A stretch of 64,000 bases of DNA from contig JASGHG010000001.1 in the NCBI GenBank assembly GCA_047602425.1, forward strand, positions 3,648,001 through 3,712,000, read 5' to 3'. This DNA comes from Nibricoccus sp. Lineage in GTDB: Bacteria > Verrucomicrobiota > Verrucomicrobiia > Opitutales > Opitutaceae. Of the stretch, positions 20,573 to 30,941 are shown piece after piece (position 1 is the stretch's first letter; each line of letters begins with the position of its first letter). The notes under the pieces are model-generated. The model was not told the origin of the DNA, did not search any database, and saw only the letters and a list, made by a program, of their open reading frames with translations. A program made the position numbers and the translations under genes.

Positions 20573-20601
20573 GTAGGGGCGCAGCAAGACTGCGCCCCTA
20601 C
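20573..20601. repeat. GTAG-type REP-like palindrome
   Basis: GTAGGGGCGCAG-CAAGA-CTGCGCCCCTAC, perfect 12-bp stem between convergent genes. Confidence 0.75.
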
Positions 20602-20665
20602 AGCCGGAGTTGTGCGGCTATGACATTTTTAAAAATGCTCTAAGAAGACAGCTTTCGCGAGAATA

Positions 20666-21601
20666 CTATTTTTGTCTTCGCTCACGTTTTCGCGGCGGCG
20701 TGTTTTGCGGCGCCGCGGCAAATTGACGACGCCAGTTGTCGGGGGCGGCACCGAATGCTTGTTTGAAGGCCGCGGAAAGGTGAAAGGCCGAGCTGAAACC
20801 GAGACGGTTGGCGATGTCGTCAAGAGTGCTGTCGCCGGCCGACAGCAAGCGCCGTGCGCGGTCAAGGCGTTGGTAAAGCACATATTGCCAGGGGGCAAAT
20901 CCCGTATGGAGCTTGAACGCGCGGCGAAAATGCGAGTAGGCCACGCCGAGACGGCGGGCGAGGGCTTCGATGTTAACTGGTTCGCTCAGGTGTTCCGCGA
21001 GATGGCGTTCGGCTTCGGCCACGGCGCGTACGAGGCGCGAGCGTGCGGGACTGGCGCGTCCACAGGATTGCCAGACGGCGAGCGCACTGAGCAGCCGCGC
21101 GGAGAGTTCGGGATCGAACCCGGGTTGCTGCGCGTTGCGTACGCGGGCATGAATCGCATCAACCACCGTTTCGAGACCGGCGGCAAGTGCGCTTTTGCGG
21201 AGGGGCGATTCAGGATTGAGCACACCTGCGCGCCGAAGGTCATCGACGACGGGGCCACGAAACTCCGTCCATTTTTCCTCCCAGCCGAGAACGGGATCCG
21301 GGCGGTAGCGATGCCAGACTTTGGGAAAGAGGATAAAAGCGGTGCCAGTCTCTACTTCGACCCGACCGGTTTCGCGCGTTTCGAAAATCCCGCGACCGGC
21401 GGTGATGAGCAGAATTTGAAACGCGTCGAGACGTCTCCCCCGCGACCACGCGAAATAGTGATCGGTCGGGTGATCGCGAGGCGGGTAGGGCGCAGCGGGA
21501 GCGATGCGCGCAGCACCCACGGCGGTTACACCGAGGCCCCAATGAACGAGTTCGGGCGAAGCGGGCAAATAGTGAAAGTAGTCCGGCGCAGCGACGGGCA
21601 T
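20666..21601 (-). CDS. AraC family transcriptional regulator
   Basis: Cupin-like N-terminus (FPKVWHRYRP); double HTH (SHFRRAFK...IANRLGFSSAFHLSAAFK); divergent from rhamnose genes. Confidence 0.92.
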   Translation of the reverse strand: MPVAAPDYFHYLPASPELVHWGLGVTAVGAARIAPAAPYPPRDHPTDHYFAWSRGRRLDAFQILLITAGRGIFETRETGRVEVETGTAFILFPKVWHRYRPDPVLGWEEKWTEFRGPVVDDLRRAGVLNPESPLRKSALAAGLETVVDAIHARVRNAQQPGFDPELSARLLSALAVWQSCGRASPARSRLVRAVAEAERHLAEHLSEPVNIEALARRLGVAYSHFRRAFKLHTGFAPWQYVLYQRLDRARRLLSAGDSTLDDIANRLGFSSAFHLSAAFKQAFGAAPDNWRRQFAAAPQNTPPRKRERRQK

Positions 21602-21733
21602 TTTTTGTATGAAGAAGATCATTGAGGCGATTCCTGCGCGCATGTCGATCCGCTAAGGTGGAACTCTTAGTTTCGCCCTGCGGTCGCAAAGTGACCGCTA
21701 CTCTGCCCAACCCTAACCCTGCAGTTTTCGCTC

Positions 21734-22933
21734 ATGACTCCCCAACAACAGAAAACCGCCCTTGAGGCCCTGAAATCGTTTAACATCGAAGTCCCTTCGT
21801 GGGGTTTCGCCGACACCGGCACGCGCTTCGGAAAATTTTTCCAGCCCGCTTCGGCCATCGATCTCAATGACAAACTCGCCGACGCCGGCCAGGTCCACAA
21901 AATGACCGGTTGCTGCCCGACCGTCGCCGTGCACGTCCTTTGGGATTTCAGGGCCGGTGAAGATCCGAACGTTTCCGCCAAGCTCGCCAAGAAGCACGGC
22001 GTGAAAATCGGTTCGATCAACCCGAACGTTTTCCAAGATCAGTGCTACAAGTGGGGTTCTTTCGCCAATGTTGACCCGAAGGTCCGCGAGCAGGCGCTCC
22101 AGCATTGCATCGATTCCATCGAAATCGGCAAAGCCGTGAAGAGCGAATATCTCTCCCTGTGGTTTGCCGACGGCACGAACTATCCCGGCCAGGAAAGCAT
22201 CCGCGACCGCAAGGCCCGTTTCGAGGAAGCCCTCAAGGCCTGTCACAAGAAACTCGCTCCCTGGCAGACGATGCTTGTCGAGTACAAGCCTTTCGAGCCC
22301 GCCTTCTACGCCACTGACATCGCCGATTGGGGCATGTCCTACCTGATGTCGAAAAAAGCCGGCCCTCGCGCCAAGGTCCTCGTCGACACCGGCCACCACT
22401 ACAACGCGCAGAACATCGAGCAGATCGTCGCCTGGCTCCTCGACGAAGAAATGCTCGGCGGCTTCCACTTCAACGACCGTCGTTACGCTGACGACGATCT
22501 CACACTGGGCTCGATCGATCCGTACCAGATCTTCCGCATCTTCCACGAAATCCATTCGTACGCGGTCGACACCGGTAAGATGCCGAAGATCGCCTACATG
22601 ATCGACCAGTCGCACAACGAAAAGCCGAAGATCGAGGCGACGATCCAGACCGTGATCATGGCACAGGAACTTTACACGAAGGCCGCGCTCGTCGATCACA
22701 AGGCGCTCCGCAAGGCTCAGGCGAAGAACAACGTCGTTGACGCCGAGCTAGAGTTGAAAAAAGCGTTCTTCACCGACGTCTCCCCCGCGCTCAAAGCTTG
22801 GCGCAAGGCCAACAACCTGCCGCTCGATCCGCTGGAAGGCCATCGTAAGAGCGGTTACGAAGCCGCCGCCGCGAAAGAGCGTACCCAGCGCCGCAAAGAC
22901 CTCGGCATCGTCCAAGGTGGAGGCTACGCCTAA
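21734..22933 (+). CDS. rhaI: L-rhamnose isomerase (RhaI type)
   Basis: IEVPSWGFADTGTRF, DGTNYPGQ, EYKPFEP, DTGHH, HFNDRRYADDDL, DQSHN. Confidence 0.9.
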   Translation: MTPQQQKTALEALKSFNIEVPSWGFADTGTRFGKFFQPASAIDLNDKLADAGQVHKMTGCCPTVAVHVLWDFRAGEDPNVSAKLAKKHGVKIGSINPNVFQDQCYKWGSFANVDPKVREQALQHCIDSIEIGKAVKSEYLSLWFADGTNYPGQESIRDRKARFEEALKACHKKLAPWQTMLVEYKPFEPAFYATDIADWGMSYLMSKKAGPRAKVLVDTGHHYNAQNIEQIVAWLLDEEMLGGFHFNDRRYADDDLTLGSIDPYQIFRIFHEIHSYAVDTGKMPKIAYMIDQSHNEKPKIEATIQTVIMAQELYTKAALVDHKALRKAQAKNNVVDAELELKKAFFTDVSPALKAWRKANNLPLDPLEGHRKSGYEAAAAKERTQRRKDLGIVQGGGYA

Positions 22934-22951
22934 GCGCTGAATGATTTACAC

Positions 22952-22990
22952 GAAGGCTGGTGGATGTTTATCTGCCGGCCTTCTTCCTAA
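22952..22990 (+). terminator. Hairpin downstream of rhaI
   Basis: GAAGGCTGGTGGAT/ATCTGCCGGCCTTC stem followed by pyrimidines. Confidence 0.5.
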
Positions 22991-23082
22991 AATCTGACCG
23001 GACGTTTTCTTCCGATCTGACTTTGTTCTTTGTATGTTTCTAGTGTTTTCCGGTTTCTCGGCTAAATCGGTTGTCGGGCCAA

Positions 23083-23166
23083 GGTAGGGACGGCTCTCCG
23101 AGCCGTCCGTTATCGTGGACCGAGTTTGATGTTACGGTGCGGACGCCTCGGAAAGGCGTCCCTACC
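23083..23166. repeat. GTAG-type REP-like doublet
   Basis: GGTAGGGACGGCTCTCCGAGCCGTCCG...CGGACGCCTCGGAAAGGCGTCCCTACC. Confidence 0.75.
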
Positions 23167-23268
23167 ACTGGACCTCGAACAAAGCACAAAATCGTTCTTT
23201 CCTACTACAGTTTTCCCCTCCTCCAAAACCCGTCTCAACCCCCAACCTCAGCTTCACGCATCACACCC

Positions 23269-24456
23269 ATGACCCCTAATCCGATTCTTGGCGTTATTTT
23301 TCACTGGCTCGGCGGCCTGGCCTCCGGGAGTTTTTATGTGCCGTACAAAGGCGTTAAAAAATGGTCGTGGGAAACCTACTGGCTCGTCGGCGGTTTCTTT
23401 TCCTGGCTCATTTGTCCATGGTTCTTCGCGAGTATCCTGACCAAAGACCTGCTCAACGTCATCACCTCGCAATCCGGCAGCACGCTTTGGTGGACGTTTT
23501 TCTTCGGCCTGCTCTGGGGTTTTGGCGGCCTGACCTACGGTCTGACAATGCGCTATCTCGGTTTGGGATTGGGCACCGGTGTGGCGCTTGGCTACTGCGC
23601 TGCAATCGGCACTTTGTTGCCGCCTATCTTCAAGGCATTTATTCCTGCTATTCCGGTTCCTGAAACGTTGGCTCAGATCGCCTCAACTACAGCAGGTCAG
23701 ATTACTCTCGTCGGTGTCGCTGTCTGTTTGTTGGGCATCGCAATCTCCTCGCTCGCCGGATATACCAAGGAAAAAGAAATGCCGGCCGAACTAAAGGCCA
23801 AGGCTAATGCCGAGTTTAGTTTCGGCAAGGGCATCATCGTGGCTACCTTCTGCGGCGTGATGAGCGCTTGCTTTGCTTTCGCACTCACCGCGGGCAACCC
23901 AATCGGTGAGGCCTCAGTTAAGGCGGGCACTGATCCAATTTGGAGCGGTTTGCCGAAGCTCTGTGTGCTGCTTATCGGTGGCTTCACGACCAACTTCATC
24001 TGGTGCATTATTCTCAACTTTAAAAACAAGACCGGATATCAATACCTCGCCACTCACGTTCGTGCTGAGCATGCCGGTCTGACCGCTTCCGGTGGCGAAC
24101 ATGGTGCTGGTGATGCAAAATCCCCGGCTCCAACCGCAACCGATCTGAAGGTTCCTCGTCTTAGCAATTTCCTGTTTTCGGCGCTGGCCGGAACCACTTG
24201 GTATTTCCAATTTTTCTTCTATACGATGGGAGAAACTCAGATGGGTAAATTCGGTTTCGCCTCTTGGACGCTGCATATGGCCAGCATCATTATCTTTGCG
24301 ACGATATGGGGTTGGATTTTCCACGAATGGAAAGGCTCCAGTAAGAAAGCTCACAAGTTGATCGCATCGGGTGTTGCTGCACTTATCTTATCAACGATCA
24401 TTATTGGCGCTGGTGTAGGCTGGAAGGACATCCTCGCGTATTTCCAAGCTCACTAA
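23269..24456 (+). CDS. rhaT: L-rhamnose/proton symporter
   Basis: FHWLGG...SFYVPYKGVKKWSWETYW, GLTMRYLG, WYFQFFFY, SWTLHM; start reassigned to ATG 23269. Confidence 0.93.
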   Translation: MTPNPILGVIFHWLGGLASGSFYVPYKGVKKWSWETYWLVGGFFSWLICPWFFASILTKDLLNVITSQSGSTLWWTFFFGLLWGFGGLTYGLTMRYLGLGLGTGVALGYCAAIGTLLPPIFKAFIPAIPVPETLAQIASTTAGQITLVGVAVCLLGIAISSLAGYTKEKEMPAELKAKANAEFSFGKGIIVATFCGVMSACFAFALTAGNPIGEASVKAGTDPIWSGLPKLCVLLIGGFTTNFIWCIILNFKNKTGYQYLATHVRAEHAGLTASGGEHGAGDAKSPAPTATDLKVPRLSNFLFSALAGTTWYFQFFFYTMGETQMGKFGFASWTLHMASIIIFATIWGWIFHEWKGSSKKAHKLIASGVAALILSTIIIGAGVGWKDILAYFQAH

Positions 24457-24655
24457 TTACTACGTAGTCTTTGTCCTCGGGCGGCTGATTTCGATCAGCC
24501 GCCTTTTTTGCGGGTATAAGGAGGAACGCGCAATCGTCTAGGGTGTAACCGGAAATGGAAAATAGCGGGTTCATGCTTGGCAAGAGGGGCTTGTGAGGAC
24601 GGTCTAGATCGAATCGTACACGGTTAGCCTCATGCTCTCGTTCGGCTGATGTGGA

Positions 24656-24877
24656 TTAAAATAAAACAATTAGCAGCGAAATGAAGGCCGTGAGCAAAAT
24701 GAAGCTGCCCTTTTTGCGCAGACGTTTTTGTTTTTCCCTGATTTCAGAAACCTTTTCAAAGGTTAAGGTTTTTTCTTCTATCTCACTTTCATACTTTTGG
24801 CATTCAGCAAACATCCACAAACCGGATAAAATAAAAGCCGTCGCATTGAAGCAGAGTAACACGTGGAATGTTGTCAT
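24656..24877 (-). CDS. Small AT-rich membrane protein, hypothetical
   Basis: 73 aa with two hydrophobic segments flanking a charged middle. Confidence 0.45.
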   Translation of the reverse strand: MTTFHVLLCFNATAFILSGLWMFAECQKYESEIEEKTLTFEKVSEIREKQKRLRKKGSFILLTAFISLLIVLF

Positions 24878-25258
24878 GCTTTGCCAGACAAGGTTATGAC
24901 CTCAATGGGGGTTGAACGCAACATGAGATGAGGGTTAGAGGTAAAGGGTGGATTGGGATTTCATAACCTCAGTAAATTGGATTTTAGGGGTATGACCAGG
25001 AGGGATTGAGATACTTCGAGCTGAGAGTGAACCGGCTGGAGCTCAACCCGCGGGATCGCCGATAGCGAAGGGAATCACGGAGCAGAAGGCAAAGGGTGGG
25101 GCATGGCAAATGGAATGGAAAGGATGGGCATAGCGGGTGCGGGGATTACGCAGTGAGATTTACGTATTTAAGCGGCGGTCTAGAGCTTAGTCTTCTGTGG
25201 TTGCTCGCTGTGGAAACAAAACTGGCGATGACAGCGCATCGCCCTCCAACCGGAGCAC

Positions 25259-28200
25259 TTAGCGTGTGCCGGGGGCTTTGCTGCGGAGCGTGGAGGCGGG
25301 TTCGGGCGCGGGGGCGGCGATGGGGAGGGTGGCGGAGGTGTGCAAAGTCACGGGACCGAGGAGGCCGGAGGGTTGCAGGGGATCGTCGCTTCGCCAGAGA
25401 CGCCAGCTGCTGAAGGTCTGGCGGCCTGTCGGGCTGGGCTGGTTGTCGAGCAGCCATTGCGGCCAGGATTTCAGCGTGCCGTTGGGATTTCGCTCGCTGT
25501 CGTCGGGAAGCAGTTCGTCGGCGATCAGGCGGTTGGGCCAGAGGTTGATGACTTCGACTTCAAGTTCATTGGGACCGGCAATCGCCGCGTTGGTGATGTC
25601 GATTTGATAAGGCGACTTCCAGAGCAAGCCGAGGGGTTTGCCATTGAGGTTGACCTTGGCCATCACGCACACCTTGCCGAGGTCCAGAATGAGGCGCTGG
25701 TCTTTTCCGAGATACCCCTTGGGGATGTCGATGGTTTTGGTGTAGGAGGCGATACCGGAGAAATAACGGGCGCCGGGCTCCGCGAGAGCGGTCCAGGATT
25801 TGAGTTCGTCGAGCATGACGTGGGCGGGCGCGCCCGAGCCGGCGGGGAAACGCAGGTTCCAACTACCCTCGATGGTCGTGTCGGGCGGAAGGAGGGGAAC
25901 CTTGAATTTCCGTTTTCTGCCATCGGAGAAGGTGAGGACGTAAGGCCCGGCTTCCCGAACCGAACCAGTAACCAGGTTAAGCGGATATGCGGCGCGGGTG
26001 GAGAAACCGTTTTCGTAGAGCGGAATTTTGTTGAGCGTGATGCCGATGAGATTGGGCGGCGGAGCCCCTTGGGGCGCCGGCCGGAAGACGACGAACCACG
26101 AGCCATTGGCGGCGAAGGGAATCGAAAGGCGAGTCTGGCCGGGCTTGGCGGGAGCGTTTGGGTAGGACGCAATGATGCGGCCGGTTTCGGCGTCCCAAAG
26201 TTCGGGAATTTTGCCGGCGACACGGAAGGCGCAGAGGGCAGTGGTAGGCGAGTCGTTTTGGTTGGAAACGAAATAAATTTCAGTGGAATCGACGGTGCGG
26301 TGGGTCCAGCGAAGTTCCTTGTCGGCCTCGAAGTCCACCGGGATGGCGAGGAGTTCCAGTGCCTTTTCGGCCGGAATGCCGCGGAAAACGCGCCCCTTGC
26401 CGAAAGTGCGGGTGGTCGTGATTGGTTCGTTGCCCCAAAGTTCGTTGGCGATGGTTTGAAGTTCGGTGTCGGCTTGCGGATAGCCGGTTAGGCCGGGCGT
26501 GGCATGCGGTGGTTCGCCGAGGATGGCGGCGCCGGCCTGCACGAGGTCGCGGAGATGTTTCAACGTCGGCAGCGTCATCGTGCCGGTGTGATGGAGTGTG
26601 AGCAGGCGATAGCTGCGTCCATTGGGCAAGGAGAGACGGCCGTTTTTGAAGGAGAGTTTGGCAAAGGTGTCGGTGCCGCACACGTCGTAGTCGTATCCGT
26701 TAAGTGGCGACAATTGGACGCGAAGGAGAGGTTCCTCAGACTGGAGCTGAAGGACGTCGGCGACGGCATCGCCCTGGCGGAGGAGATATTGGCAGCGCGT
26801 GAGGTAGTCGTGCCACGGGCGGGAGTATGCCCACCAAGTGTTGGTGCGTTCGTAGTGGAGACCGGAGGTGCCGGCTTGCAGGCCGGGCGCGCGTTTGGGG
26901 AAGGGTTGGGCGGCGAAGCGGTGGATGACGAGCCGGTTGATGCCTTGGCAGAAGGCGTCGTCTCCTATGCTTTTGAGGAGCGCGGGATGCCAGAGCCAGC
27001 GTTCATTTTGGGAAGATGTGAACGCCTCGGAGGCGACGATGCGGCGGCCGTTGACGTGGGCGGCGGAAGCCATGGATTTGGTTGTCGGATAGAAATCGGC
27101 GCCCTGGCCAGTGGGCGTCCAGAACTCGGCCATTGGTTCTTCGACGTGGTTGGCGGCGTCGAGGTCGCTGCCGGTGGTGGTGTAGCTCTCGAAGGTGAAC
27201 CGCAGGCCATTTTCGCGGGCGAGGCGGGCATATTCGGCGACGTAGTTTTCCACCATGAGTTCGGACACGGTTTTGCGCAGGTCCCAAAGGAAACGTTCGG
27301 AGATTTGCAGGCTGCCGATGACGCGACCGGTGAGCACGGGCAGGAACGGCACGGGATCGTAGCCGCGGCGTTTTTGAAATTCTTCGCGCATGCCGGCGGT
27401 CCAGTTTTGTCCACCGCCTTCCCAGCTATCGATGTGCGTGGCGACGAGCGTTTTTTTGCCATCGGGGCCAGCGAGGGCGTTGAGTTGTTGGGCGAAGGCG
27501 TTGAAGTGAAGCGCGGTGGCGGCCTTGCTGAGTTTGTCGGTTTCGGGACCGCTCTGATCCTTGGCGGCGGACCGGACGACACTGCCGTTGAAGGCATGGC
27601 CGATACGGAGGACAGTCCAATCCCCGGGCGGAGCATCCCACGTGAGCTGGCCGTCGGCATTCATCGCGGCGGTGAGATCGATCACGCGATCCTGTGCAAT
27701 AATGGCGGAGGCGGGAGCAAGGGCGTTAGGTGGAGCGCTCTGAATGCCGCCGTAGGCAATCCACATTTTCCATTGGAGCGCCTTCATGGTTAGACTGGGG
27801 ATTTTGTAGCGGTCTTTTTCCGGGAGTGGGAACTCAGAGAACGCGAGCACGGCGATGTCGCGATAATCGGGACGATCGACAGGTTTCGCGAGCGTGCCCT
27901 GAAAGCGTTTGCCGCCCTTGACGTAGTGCTCGCTCTGATACACGGACTGCATGCCCTGTTCGGGCATCACCCAAGGACCGCCGCTGCCACCGCAGCCGGG
28001 GCCGTTATTGACGTTGAGTTCGAGCCCAAGGCGTTTGGCTTCGCGTACGGCATGTTGGATCAACGCCTGCCACTGGTCGTCGAAAAATTTCACTTGGCTG
28101 GCGGGAGTACCTTGATCGACGTCGAGGAGCAGGGCGCCACCGAGGCCGACGCGGGCCATGGATTCGAGATCGGCGGTGATGCTTTCGCGGGTGACATTGC

Positions 28201-28342
28201 TGTTGAGCCACGTCCAATAAACCCAGGGGCGGGCCGAGGCGGGAGGCCGGGCAAAATTGTCGCTTAAGGTATTGGCGCGAAGAAAGGGGAGTGACAACCC
28301 AAGGGAAAGGGCCAAGGCAAAAAGCTTCAGGAATCGCGGCAT
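25259..28342 (-). CDS. GH106 alpha-L-rhamnosidase-like glycoside hydrolase, secreted
   Basis: FARPPASARPWVYWTW, GSGGPW, HIDSWE, EAFT, LDLGKV, SGLLGPV; adjacent to rhamnose genes. Confidence 0.88.
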   Translation of the reverse strand: MPRFLKLFALALSLGLSLPFLRANTLSDNFARPPASARPWVYWTWLNSNVTRESITADLESMARVGLGGALLLDVDQGTPASQVKFFDDQWQALIQHAVREAKRLGLELNVNNGPGCGGSGGPWVMPEQGMQSVYQSEHYVKGGKRFQGTLAKPVDRPDYRDIAVLAFSEFPLPEKDRYKIPSLTMKALQWKMWIAYGGIQSAPPNALAPASAIIAQDRVIDLTAAMNADGQLTWDAPPGDWTVLRIGHAFNGSVVRSAAKDQSGPETDKLSKAATALHFNAFAQQLNALAGPDGKKTLVATHIDSWEGGGQNWTAGMREEFQKRRGYDPVPFLPVLTGRVIGSLQISERFLWDLRKTVSELMVENYVAEYARLARENGLRFTFESYTTTGSDLDAANHVEEPMAEFWTPTGQGADFYPTTKSMASAAHVNGRRIVASEAFTSSQNERWLWHPALLKSIGDDAFCQGINRLVIHRFAAQPFPKRAPGLQAGTSGLHYERTNTWWAYSRPWHDYLTRCQYLLRQGDAVADVLQLQSEEPLLRVQLSPLNGYDYDVCGTDTFAKLSFKNGRLSLPNGRSYRLLTLHHTGTMTLPTLKHLRDLVQAGAAILGEPPHATPGLTGYPQADTELQTIANELWGNEPITTTRTFGKGRVFRGIPAEKALELLAIPVDFEADKELRWTHRTVDSTEIYFVSNQNDSPTTALCAFRVAGKIPELWDAETGRIIASYPNAPAKPGQTRLSIPFAANGSWFVVFRPAPQGAPPPNLIGITLNKIPLYENGFSTRAAYPLNLVTGSVREAGPYVLTFSDGRKRKFKVPLLPPDTTIEGSWNLRFPAGSGAPAHVMLDELKSWTALAEPGARYFSGIASYTKTIDIPKGYLGKDQRLILDLGKVCVMAKVNLNGKPLGLLWKSPYQIDITNAAIAGPNELEVEVINLWPNRLIADELLPDDSERNPNGTLKSWPQWLLDNQPSPTGRQTFSSWRLWRSDDPLQPSGLLGPVTLHTSATLPIAAPAPEPASTLRSKAPGTR

Positions 28343-28465
28343 AAAGCCGCTCCTACCGAGGGGAGCGGGGAAGCTGGGAGGCATGGCCGGTATTGAACAA
28401 AAGCCCCGGAGGTTGTTCCGGGGATTCTTTTGTTGGGGTAGAACTGGGTTGGGAGAAAAAATCGT

Positions 28466-28807
28466 TTAGCCGGGAGGCCAGTTGAGCTGACGACGCGCAA
28501 GCAAGTGAACGTGAAGATGAGGGACGGATTCGCACGCGTCGGGGCCATTGTTGATCACGAGACGAAAACCTTTGGCGAGGTTGAGCTTTTTCGCGACGAC
28601 GCCGGCGGTGAGAATGAGATGGCCGAGCGTGACCTGGTCATCGTTGGTGGCGGCCTCGACGCGCGGAATGACCTTCTTCGGGATGATCAGAAGGTGCACG
28701 GGCGCTTGGGGCTGGATGTCGTTGATGACGATGCAATGTTCGTCCTCGTGTTCGATCTTCGCAGGGATTTCGCGATCGATGATTTTTTGAAAGATGGTTT
28801 TGGACAT
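28466..28807 (-). CDS. HIT family nucleotide-binding protein
   Basis: TIFQKIIDREIPA; histidine triad HLHVH. Confidence 0.95.
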   Translation of the reverse strand: MSKTIFQKIIDREIPAKIEHEDEHCIVINDIQPQAPVHLLIIPKKVIPRVEAATNDDQVTLGHLILTAGVVAKKLNLAKGFRLVINNGPDACESVPHLHVHLLARRQLNWPPG

Positions 28808-28827
28808 GGGAGAAGGTTTGTTTTTGA

Positions 28828-28855
28828 CCACGGATTTCACGGATGGACACGGATA
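28828..28855. repeat. Short tandem CACGGAT repeat (intergenic)
   Basis: CCACGGATTTCACGGATGGACACGGAT. Confidence 0.55.
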
Positions 28856-28894
28856 GGATGTATTGATCGATGCATGTCTGCGCAATCCGAGGTT

Positions 28895-29401
28895 TCAGAG
28901 AAACAACAGCTGCAGGTTGGCGCTGGGAGCGGTGCGGGCGGCGGCGAGGTCGCGGATGAAGGCGAGCGTGTCCTCGTAATTTTGCACGCGCTTGGCGGTG
29001 GCGCGGCGTTCGGGCGGGAGCAGGGCCGGGCGGAGATTGGTGACGAGGAGGGTCGATTCGCGGAAGCGGGCAAGCTGCTTGAGACCGGTCATGATCTCGC
29101 TGCGCGCAAAGAGAGGCGTGGCGGATTCGAGTGAGTGTGCGGCGTTCCAGTGGTAGAAGCCGTGGCTGGATTGCTGCTCGAAAAATTTATTGAGCAGTTT
29201 CGCGGCGGAATCGGTGAACGCGGCGTCGTAGGTGAAGGCTAGCTCGGGATTGGCGATAGTTTGTTGTTCGAGCTCGGAAAGGCTGAAGGCAATGGCTGAC
29301 TTGATCTGCTGCGCGAGATAGAGGTCGTGGCCGGTGACCTGGGCGAACAAGGCGTCGATGAAATGCAGGCGGCGGAGCTCGTCGCGGGAAGGTGCGGGCA
29401 T
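28895..29401 (-). CDS. Hypothetical protein
   Basis: Host-like codon usage from MPAPSRDELRRLHFIDALF. Confidence 0.65.
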   Translation of the reverse strand: MPAPSRDELRRLHFIDALFAQVTGHDLYLAQQIKSAIAFSLSELEQQTIANPELAFTYDAAFTDSAAKLLNKFFEQQSSHGFYHWNAAHSLESATPLFARSEIMTGLKQLARFRESTLLVTNLRPALLPPERRATAKRVQNYEDTLAFIRDLAAARTAPSANLQLLFL

Positions 29402-29424
29402 CTGAGGAGTGAAAACCTGTTGGG

Positions 29425-29781
29425 TTACGCGGTTTGTTTTTTCTCTCGCTCCAAGAGTGCTGCAACGGCGGAGAGGCAGGTAGCGATCGCCCACCAAACT
29501 AAAAAAACCAGAGGTTCGTGCGCCGGGCTTTTTAAGTATTTTAACAGCCAAAACAGGTTATAGCCGAAGGAGGCAAACCAGATAAGGCATTTGAGCCATA
29601 GAGCGAGATGGTTTGCCATGGCACGGCAGATCCAGAGTCCCCAAATCAGAAATCCCAAACCAAAGAGAGTTAATAAAACGGGATTCCCAATGGCGAGGCT
29701 GACTGCCACGAGAGCGCAGGCCCAGAATAATCCTCCCCACGCAAGAACGGCTGCGATGGCTTGGGGATTCGGCTTACTCAT
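29425..29781 (-). CDS. Hypothetical membrane protein
   Basis: 118 aa with about four hydrophobic helices. Confidence 0.55.
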   Translation of the reverse strand: MSKPNPQAIAAVLAWGGLFWACALVAVSLAIGNPVLLTLFGLGFLIWGLWICRAMANHLALWLKCLIWFASFGYNLFWLLKYLKSPAHEPLVFLVWWAIATCLSAVAALLEREKKQTA

Positions 29782-29808
29782 TGGGCGATAGTTTCTATCG
29801 TTGTAGTA

Positions 29809-30276
29809 TCAGTGAACGTCGGGTTTTGGTTTTCCGAGGCTGCTGATTTCCTGCATGAATTCGGAAACGTCACGGAATTCCTTGTAGACGCTGGCGAAGC
29901 GGACGTAGGCGACTTGATCGAGCTTGCGCAGGCGTTGCATGACGGCGTCACCGATGGCCTGCGAGGGGATTTCGCTTTCGTACTGTGCTTCAAGGGCGTC
30001 GATCACATCTTCGATCAACATGTCGAGTTGCTCGCGGTCGACGGGACGTTTGTGCAAAGCGGCGCGGACGGCGCGGACGAGTTTGTCGCGGTCAAAATCT
30101 TCGCGGCGTCCATCGCGCTTCGTAACGACGAGGTCTTCACGCACGAACATTTCGGTTGTGGTGTAACGGTGACCGCATTCGAGGCATTCGCGGCGCCGGC
30201 GAATGGTGCTACCTTCCTTGCTAATGCGGGAATCGATGACCTTGTCCTCGATCGATGTGCATTTGGGGCAACGCAT
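29809..30276 (-). CDS. nrdR: Transcriptional repressor NrdR
   Basis: CPKC...VIDSR...RRRRECLEC, ATP cone, AYVRFASVY. Confidence 0.97.
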   Translation of the reverse strand: MRCPKCTSIEDKVIDSRISKEGSTIRRRRECLECGHRYTTTEMFVREDLVVTKRDGRREDFDRDKLVRAVRAALHKRPVDREQLDMLIEDVIDALEAQYESEIPSQAIGDAVMQRLRKLDQVAYVRFASVYKEFRDVSEFMQEISSLGKPKPDVH

Positions 30277-30297
30277 GGGTTTGGGTGGGGCAAACGG

Positions 30298-30864
30298 TTA
30301 GTTGAGTTCCAGGAAATTCTGGAGGATTCGCATCCCGCCTTCGGTGGCGATGGACTCAGGGTGGAACTGGACGCCCCAGATGGGAAGCGTTTTGTGGCGC
30401 AGGCCCATGATTTCGCCTTCGATGGTGTCGGCGGTCACTTCAAGGCAGTCGGGCAAGGAGGAACGTTCGACAAGCAAAGAATGATAACGCGTGGCGGCGA
30501 AACCCTGCGGCATCCCATGAAAAACATCGGTGTCCTTGTGGCGGATGGGGGAGGTTTTGCCATGCATGAGCCGATCGGCGCGGATGACGCGTCCGCCGAA
30601 GTAGTGGCCGATGGATTGATGACCAAGGCACACGCCGAAGATGGGTTTTTTGCCTTTAAAAGCCTCGATCATCGCGAGGGTGACGCCGGCCTCCACGGGC
30701 GAACAAGGCCCGGGCGACAACAGCACGCGATCCGGATTCAGGGCGAGCGCCTCGGCGGGAGTAATTTCGTTATTGCGGAAAATGCGCTGTTCAACCCCGA
30801 GTTGGCCGAAGTATTGGACCAGGTTGTAGGTGAAGGAATCGTAGTTATCGATGACGAGAAGCAC
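30298..30864 (-). CDS. Anthranilate/aminodeoxychorismate synthase component II (glutamine amidotransferase)
   Basis: [35 protein letters not shown] start at 30864. Confidence 0.95.
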   Translation of the reverse strand: MLLVIDNYDSFTYNLVQYFGQLGVEQRIFRNNEITPAEALALNPDRVLLSPGPCSPVEAGVTLAMIEAFKGKKPIFGVCLGHQSIGHYFGGRVIRADRLMHGKTSPIRHKDTDVFHGMPQGFAATRYHSLLVERSSLPDCLEVTADTIEGEIMGLRHKTLPIWGVQFHPESIATEGGMRILQNFLELN

Positions 30865-30941
30865 GCTGGGAATTAACGTCTTGTTGACACATCGGTCAAG
30901 CGCAGGGGTATTGGTAGGCACCGCACAGCCTCCCGCCGCTC

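Noticed and set aside
23071..23268. N-terminal extension of RhaT in the ORF track
   Set aside because: It translates a REP-like repeat; family similarity starts at ATG 23269.
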